32,000 bases of DNA from Acholeplasma laidlawii PG-8A (GTDB lineage Bacteria > Bacillota_I > Bacilli_A > Acholeplasmatales > Acholeplasmataceae): the NCBI RefSeq assembly GCF_000018785.1, contig NC_010163.1, positions 750,001-782,000 of the forward strand, in the 5' to 3' direction. Of this stretch, positions 26,999 to 32,000 are shown one piece after another (position 1 is the first letter of the stretch; each line of letters starts with the position of its first letter). A model generated the notes under the pieces. The model had not been told where the DNA came from and made no database searches. It saw only the letters and a list, made by a program, of their open reading frames with translations. Both the position numbers and the translations under genes were made by a program.

Positions 26999-27211
26999 TT
27001 ACTTACCTTCTAAGGCAATTAAACTCACGATAAGTAATAATAAAGGTTGATAGACGGTGTTCCAAATAACTGCTACAACTGCTTGTACTTGAGTCCATAA
27101 ATCACTGCTTGATTCCCATGCATCCATGTATGCTTGGAAAGAACCTAAAAACAATGATGCAAAAACAACACCTGCTACTACTAAACCTACTAATCCAATA
27201 AGTCTTCTCAT
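26999..27211 (-). CDS. Small two-TM membrane protein, hypothetical
   Basis: 70 aa with two hydrophobic helices. A GGAGGTG SD lies upstream and a terminator follows immediately. Confidence 0.55.
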   Translation of the reverse strand: MRRLIGLVGLVVAGVVFASLFLGSFQAYMDAWESSSDLWTQVQAVVAVIWNTVYQPLLLLIVSLIALEGK

Positions 27212-27276
27212 TTATTAAACACCTCCATGTTTAATTCATTTTACAATATTATAAACTAGATGTTTTAAAAAATACT

Positions 27277-29073
27277 TTACTTTTTGTCGTAGGCAATAAT
27301 TTCATCAATAGTTTGACTAATAAATTTAATAGCTTCTTTTAATGGTTTACTTGTTTTTAAATCTACATCAACCATGAGTGCTAAATCTAATGGCTTTTTA
27401 GTAGCTCCAGCTTTTAAGACTTCAATCCAATCTTTTGGATCTAATGTTTTTTCAAAAATTCTTTGTGAAACAACAGTACCTAATGTTAACCCTGCTGAGT
27501 AAGTATAAGGATATAGACCCATAAAGTAGTGTGGTTGACGCATCCAAGTTAAGCCTGCATAATCAGGAATAACGACTGCATCACCCCAAAATTGTCTTAA
27601 TACATCTAATTTAATATTATTTAAGACACTTGCAGAGATTGGTTCATAATTATCAATCTTTTCATAAACTTTTCTTTGGAATGCTGCTTCTAGTAAGTGT
27701 GTAACAAAGTTATGATAATACGTTCTAGAAATCATTACGGATTGAATCCAACGTTTTGTGCGTGCATCTGTTGCATGTTTCATTAAATGACGTGCCATAA
27801 TCAACTCGTTTGTTGTAGATGGTGCCTCAATGAAATATAAAGAAGGTCTTGTATTAAAAATGTTTTGATATTTATTTGCATATTGGAAATGACCTGCATG
27901 CCCAATTTCATGGGCAAGTACCATTACTTCATCCATTTGACCATTCCAGTTAATTAAAATGAATGAATTTTGACCATAAGGTGATGAGCAAAAACCACCT
28001 GTAGATTTACCAACGTTTTGAGGAAAATCAATCCATCTTTCATCAAATGAACGTCTAACAATCTCTAAATAGTCTTCACCTAATATAGATAGACCATCCA
28101 TTAATAACTCTTTAGAAGACTCAATTGTAACTTTAGGCTCAAAAGAATCATCTACAGCAATCTTTAAATCTGCATAAGTTACTTGGTCAAGACCATGTAA
28201 TTTGCCTAAATGTTTAGCATATTTGCGCATTGCAGGTGCTAAATCTTTCATAATGACATCGATTTGACGATCCATAAATGATTTAGGTACTTTTTGACTA
28301 TATAAAAGATAGTCAAAAACGGATTTAAAACCTCTTGCATCAGCAAGTGCTTTTTCTTTTTGAAGTTGAGCATAATACTGACTAGCAAAACCGTGTTGAT
28401 ATTCACTTAACTTGCTATAGAAGGCTTCATATGATTTTCTACGCACCTTTGTGTTTCCATCATATTCATATTCATTTTCAAATAAAGTAAATGAATTCGG
28501 GTATGTTTGACCATCTACTTCAAAATCACTAAACTTCATATCGACTAACTTGAAGCGGTTGTAACTTCCATAAGGTGCATTTAATACAGGAGATAATGCA
28601 TTAAGAAGTTTTTCAGCTTCAGGTTTTAGTGTATGTTTTTTATACTCTAAAACATCTTCTAAATAGAGTTTATTAGATTCATCTATCCTCATCGCATCCA
28701 TCAGTACTTTCTTAGTGACTTTATTGAGTTCACTATGAAAGAAATTGAGTTGTTTGGATACTTTTTGTAGTCTTATAGAAGTTTTACCACTTCTCATTTG
28801 GTTTGCCTCATCCACACCATCCACAGAGGATTGTAAGGATGCATAAGCACTTAAACTGGTAATCATTTCATTAATGACTTTTAGATCGTTTAAACTGCTT
28901 GTAATAATATGAGCATCTGTTAATCTTTTTTCATATTTAACGACGAACTCTTTAACCAAACCTTCTAAAGTATCAAATGTTTGATTAAATGCTTGGTCAT
29001 CTTTATAAATTGAATGAACATCCCATGTATGCTTAATATCAATCTCAGATCGTTTTGGTAATTGTTTTTTCAT
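27277..29073 (-). CDS. pepF: Oligoendopeptidase F (M3B metallopeptidase)
   Basis: 598 aa with the zinc motif VLAHEIGHAGH (HEXXH). Length and N-terminal region (KRSEIDIKHTWD) are typical of PepF. Confidence 0.9.
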   Translation of the reverse strand: MKKQLPKRSEIDIKHTWDVHSIYKDDQAFNQTFDTLEGLVKEFVVKYEKRLTDAHIITSSLNDLKVINEMITSLSAYASLQSSVDGVDEANQMRSGKTSIRLQKVSKQLNFFHSELNKVTKKVLMDAMRIDESNKLYLEDVLEYKKHTLKPEAEKLLNALSPVLNAPYGSYNRFKLVDMKFSDFEVDGQTYPNSFTLFENEYEYDGNTKVRRKSYEAFYSKLSEYQHGFASQYYAQLQKEKALADARGFKSVFDYLLYSQKVPKSFMDRQIDVIMKDLAPAMRKYAKHLGKLHGLDQVTYADLKIAVDDSFEPKVTIESSKELLMDGLSILGEDYLEIVRRSFDERWIDFPQNVGKSTGGFCSSPYGQNSFILINWNGQMDEVMVLAHEIGHAGHFQYANKYQNIFNTRPSLYFIEAPSTTNELIMARHLMKHATDARTKRWIQSVMISRTYYHNFVTHLLEAAFQRKVYEKIDNYEPISASVLNNIKLDVLRQFWGDAVVIPDYAGLTWMRQPHYFMGLYPYTYSAGLTLGTVVSQRIFEKTLDPKDWIEVLKAGATKKPLDLALMVDVDLKTSKPLKEAIKFISQTIDEIIAYDKK

Positions 29074-29088
29074 ATTTATCCTTCTTTC

Positions 29089-29463
29089 TTAACGCTTTCG
29101 TATATAAATCACATATAACATAAATAGTATAAATAAATAGATGGGTAGGATGATGATATATACCCAATAATTATATATATCACCAATTAAAAGTGTAATG
29201 CTTAAAGCTAGAGACCATTGAAACAATGTAAAGTATAAGAATATGTACTTGATTTGCCTCCAAAAGAAGAAAAACCAGAGTAATACTAAACTAGAAACAG
29301 GTATAGCATATATAAGCACATGCCAAGCAGGATAATCAACTTTTAAAATAGATAATATACCAAAAGTAGTACCTGCAATTAACCATGCTATGGATGCATA
29401 AAAGTAGGCTAAAAGATAACGATGTTTAAATAAAGAAAATCGTTGTTTTCTTTTGGATATCAA
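29089..29463 (-). CDS. Hypothetical 4-TM membrane protein
   Basis: 124 aa and highly hydrophobic. It has a TTG start and lies directly downstream of the XRE gene. Coding status is moderately supported. Confidence 0.45.
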   Translation of the reverse strand: MISKRKQRFSLFKHRYLLAYFYASIAWLIAGTTFGILSILKVDYPAWHVLIYAIPVSSLVLLWFFFFWRQIKYIFLYFTLFQWSLALSITLLIGDIYNYWVYIIILPIYLFILFMLYVIYIRKR

Positions 29464-29468
29464 CTGAT

Positions 29469-29672
29469 CTACACTAATTCCAAGAACACAGATAATTCTT
29501 TTATCACAAAGATATCAGGAACCCCTTCTCCTCTTTCCCATTTAGATATCGATTTATCTGAGTAGTTTAGTTTATCCGCTAACTCTAGCTGTGTAAGTGC
29601 CATTTTTTTTCTATAATATACAATGTTATCAGCTAAATATTTAGTTATTAAGTCTTTATTATTATTTTCCAT
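29469..29672 (-). CDS. XRE-family helix-turn-helix transcriptional regulator (short)
   Basis: Carries the HTH_3-type motif MALTQLELADKLNYSDKSISKWERGEGVPD. Confidence 0.8.
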   Translation of the reverse strand: MENNNKDLITKYLADNIVYYRKKMALTQLELADKLNYSDKSISKWERGEGVPDIFVIKELSVFLELV

Positions 29673-29696
29673 GTCTATATTGTATCATAAAGTATC

Positions 29697-29715
29697 ATTC
29701 TACTCCCAGTAGAAT
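29697..29715. promoter_or_regulatory. Perfect 8-bp inverted repeat in the XRE/degV divergent region (candidate XRE operator)
   Basis: ATTCTACT-ccc-AGTAGAAT lies 25 bp upstream of the XRE ATG. A direct repeat GTATCAT-aaa-GTATCAT (29682-29698) is adjacent. Confidence 0.35.
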
Positions 29716-29754
29716 CTTGAAAATTAACTCTATTGTGTGAAAATAATTAGTAGG

Positions 29755-29783
29755 TTTACCTATTAGCGAAGCGGATTTATAAT
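29755..29783 (+). promoter_or_regulatory. Candidate sigma-A promoter for the DegV-family gene
   Basis: TTTACC, a 17-nt spacer, then TATAAT. An AAGGAG SD lies at about 29809-29814, ahead of the ATG at 29823. Confidence 0.45.
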
Positions 29784-29822
29784 AAATAGTAGTAAATAGA
29801 CACTATAAAGGAGTAATTTGAC

Positions 29823-30662
29823 ATGATAAAAATAATTGTAGATTCAACCTGCGACTTAAGTGAAGCTTTTATCGAAAAATATCAAATTGATATCGTACCA
29901 CTTCAAGTCATCATCAATGACAAAAACTATAAAGATAAGTTTGAAGTAGATATCAATCAACTATACGAGCACATTAGACAAAAAGATGACATCAAAACTT
30001 CATTACCAAGTTATGACGATATCTTCCCAATCTTTGAAAAATACGCAAAAGCAAATCAACCATTTATATTCTTCTCATTTTCTAAAGCACTGTCTGGTAC
30101 ATTTAACTTTGCAAATTTATTAATCAAAGATCTAAAAGATACCTACAACACACAAATGAGCGTTGTAGACTTTAAAAATGGTGGTCTTGCAAGTGCAGTA
30201 ATGATGGAAGAAATTGTAGCTTTCATGGAAACTAATAATAACATTGATGATGTAGTTAAGTTTAGTGAGCATTTAGTCAATCGCATGCATCACGCAGTGA
30301 TGCTTGAAGACTTATCTCAATTAAGAAAAGGTGGCAGAATCTCTGCTGTCAAATCCATCATATCAAGCGCATTATCAATTAAACCTATCTTAGAACTTGT
30401 TGATGGACATATTGCATCCTATAAAAACGCAATCGGTTCTAAACGTGCACTAAATGATCTCATGCATTATGTAACTTCAAAAGCACCAGACAAAGAAACT
30501 AAAATCGGTGTACTTTATTCAGCAAATGAGGATTTATTAAATCAGATGCTAACAAGACTTGATAAGCATGGTTATAAAAACATTGTTGTTGGTAGAATCG
30601 CAAGTGTAATGACAGCACATATTGGCTTAGACGCTGTATCAGTTTGTTTCTTAAGTAATTAA
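29823..30662 (+). CDS. DegV-family fatty-acid-binding protein
   Basis: 279 aa. The N-terminus IKIIVDSTCDL and the overall length are typical of DegV/EDD-fold proteins. Confidence 0.85.
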   Translation: MIKIIVDSTCDLSEAFIEKYQIDIVPLQVIINDKNYKDKFEVDINQLYEHIRQKDDIKTSLPSYDDIFPIFEKYAKANQPFIFFSFSKALSGTFNFANLLIKDLKDTYNTQMSVVDFKNGGLASAVMMEEIVAFMETNNNIDDVVKFSEHLVNRMHHAVMLEDLSQLRKGGRISAVKSIISSALSIKPILELVDGHIASYKNAIGSKRALNDLMHYVTSKAPDKETKIGVLYSANEDLLNQMLTRLDKHGYKNIVVGRIASVMTAHIGLDAVSVCFLSN

Positions 30663-30665
30663 TTT

Positions 30666-30709
30666 AAAACACTTCAAACCTAAATCAATGTTTGAAGTGT
30701 TTTTTTTTT
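30666..30709 (+). terminator. Rho-independent terminator after the DegV-family gene
   Basis: AAAACACTTCAAAC - 10-nt loop - GTTTGAAGTGTTTT forms a 14-bp stem that runs into a T-tract. Confidence 0.85.
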
Positions 30710-30815
30710 ATTCATATTATATGTTTTTTAATTGAATTCTCCCATAGAATATTAGAATTAATGTATAATATGTATATATTAAGTATTTTTGCACGAAATT
30801 AGAGGGTAAGTACAT

Positions 30816-32000
30816 ATGACACATACAAATGATTCTGATTATATGAGTCTTCATCAACCTTTAGATAGTTATAAAGCTATTTATAAGGATTTACACAACA
30901 AACATGTTAACGATAAGTTAGATAGTTTGGTCTTAGAATCAAAAATTGATATCCAAGCAAACAAATCGACTGTTAAAGACATAAGACTCAATGAAAAAAA
31001 TAGAGATAATTTAGCAAAAACAATCCGCAATAATCGAAGTTTACGTTCTTTTTTAATTTTCTTAATTGTTGTTTTAGTAGGTGTAATTATTTATGCTATC
31101 TATCAGCTGACATTAGCACCGAACACTTTAAGTTATATACTTATACCAACTTCTATTCTGTTATCCATACTATTTATATTTTTGATATCTAAAAAGATTA
31201 ATCCTAAAATTAGAATACTTGTTAAAGATAAAGAAGCTATCATTAAAAAACTAGAAGGACTCTTTAAGGAAGCTTGGACACAAATGCAACCATTAAATGA
31301 CTTATTTTATGAGGGTATGAGTCAAGAATTATTCCAAAAGACAGTACCGTTAATTAAGATGGATCAAATGTTTGATTCTAAGCGTTTAGATTATTTAGTC
31401 AATAAATTCGGCCTTGATGATCTTAATGTTTTAGATAGGTCAACACTTTATGTTCAATCTGGTGAAATTAAGGGTAATCCATTTTATATCGCAGAAGATT
31501 TAGTACATAAAATGGGTACTAAGACGTATTCTGGTTCAATTACAATCACTTATACTTCTACTTCTAGAGTGAATGGTCGTACCGTAACAACCACCCATAC
31601 TCAAGTACTTACTGCATCAGTTAATAAACCTTACCCATTATATACAGAACAATCTTATCTCGTTTATGGAAACGAAGCTGCTCCAGATTTAATGTTTTCT
31701 AGAATAGACTCAGATGCGGAGCATATGAGTGAAAAGCAAATAGATAAACATGTTAATAAGACCATTAAGAAGTTAGAAAAGAAATCTAGAAAAAGCGTTA
31801 ATCAAGGAACCAATTATACGGTATTTGGTAACTCAGAGTTTGAAGTCTTATTTGGTGCAACCAATAGAAATCATGAAGTGCAGTTTAGGTTATTATTTAC
31901 ACCACTTGCACAAACAGAACTCCTAAAACTTATGAAAGAAACAACACTAGGGTTTGGTGATGATTTCGACTTTATCAAACATAAAAAGATAAATATTATC
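30816..32000 (+). CDS. Hypothetical membrane protein (two TM plus a large C-terminal domain), truncated at the right edge
   Basis: Not in the ORF track. I translated 395 codons from the ATG at 30816 with no stop, and an AGAGGG SD lies upstream. The product begins MTHTNDSDYMSLHQ..., has TM segments LRSFLIFLIVVLVGVIIYAIY and YILIPTSILLSILFIFLI, and then a soluble region I cannot assign to a family. Confidence 0.6.
   Translation, partial: MTHTNDSDYMSLHQPLDSYKAIYKDLHNKHVNDKLDSLVLESKIDIQANKSTVKDIRLNEKNRDNLAKTIRNNRSLRSFLIFLIVVLVGVIIYAIYQLTLAPNTLSYILIPTSILLSILFIFLISKKINPKIRILVKDKEAIIKKLEGLFKEAWTQMQPLNDLFYEGMSQELFQKTVPLIKMDQMFDSKRLDYLVNKFGLDDLNVLDRSTLYVQSGEIKGNPFYIAEDLVHKMGTKTYSGSITITYTSTSRVNGRTVTTTHTQVLTASVNKPYPLYTEQSYLVYGNEAAPDLMFSRIDSDAEHMSEKQIDKHVNKTIKKLEKKSRKSVNQGTNYTVFGNSEFEVLFGATNRNHEVQFRLLFTPLAQTELLKLMKETTLGFGDDFDFIKHKKINII

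Noticed and set aside
26999-27211. Locally higher GC in the 70-aa ORF, as a hint of foreign DNA or an sRNA.
   Set aside because: The GC rise is explained by Ala/Val/Gly-rich TM helices. The ORF has a strong SD and its own terminator, consistent with a genuine small membrane protein.
29455-29475. The idea that the 67-aa XRE gene and the 124-aa membrane gene are one frameshifted (pseudogenised) HTH-TM fusion.
   Set aside because: The two frames differ, and two in-frame stops follow the XRE ORF. There is no homopolymer slip site at the junction, and the HTH domain is complete. Without ortholog comparison a pseudogene call is not justified.
1-32000. Use of genetic code 4 (TGA=Trp), as in Mycoplasma and Spiroplasma.
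   Set aside because: Standard-code translation gives uninterrupted ORFs up to 1037 aa. Trp is abundantly encoded by TGG, and TGA terminates genes at sensible positions (5683, 20108, 20496).
1-32000. CRISPR arrays, tRNA or rRNA genes, IS elements or integrases, prophage or defence-island signatures.
   Set aside because: I saw no regularly spaced direct repeats, no cloverleaf-like or rRNA-like conserved stretches in the short intergenic regions, and no transposase- or recombinase-like ORFs. Intergenic space is too small to hide such elements. The glycan locus shows no flanking repeats within the window.

Overview
Low-GC (~30%) bacterial window. It uses the standard genetic code: TGA acts as a stop, for example in the ATGA overlap at 5683-5686, and ORFs over 1000 aa are unbroken. 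Gene content looks like Bacillota/Mollicutes, possibly Acholeplasma-like, but that is inference only. About 26 kb (1-26142) is one minus-strand beta-glucan (laminarin-type) utilisation locus organised as two tandem units. Unit 1 (26059->17939) encodes a domain-permuted cytoplasmic GH3, a GH94-type phosphorylase, a small cupin, a signal-less GH16 and a GH30 lipoprotein. Unit 2 (17765->off the left edge) encodes a lipoprotein SBP, a 996-aa membrane-anchored CBM-CBM-SBP fusion, an ABC permease pair, a 680-aa NHL-propeller/TPR/Yip1 membrane protein, an 840-aa membrane-anchored ectoprotein of unknown function, a second permease pair, a GH16 lipoprotein, a ~1034-aa GH94-clan phosphorylase-like protein and a GH3 lipoprotein. 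Both units have sigma-A-type promoters overlapped by cre-like boxes, and they share an AATCGTTTTC operator-like motif. No regulator and no ABC ATPase is encoded in the window. The most interesting part is the non-canonical uptake module at 4559-17765: two SBPs, four permeases and two large accessory ectoproteins, tightly coupled. I cannot assign it to any characterised system. The right-hand 6 kb is ordinary: a DsbA/FrnE-like oxidoreductase, a small membrane protein, oligoendopeptidase F, an XRE regulator with a membrane protein, DegV, and a truncated unknown membrane protein. I recognised no rRNA, tRNA, CRISPR array, transposase or integrase.
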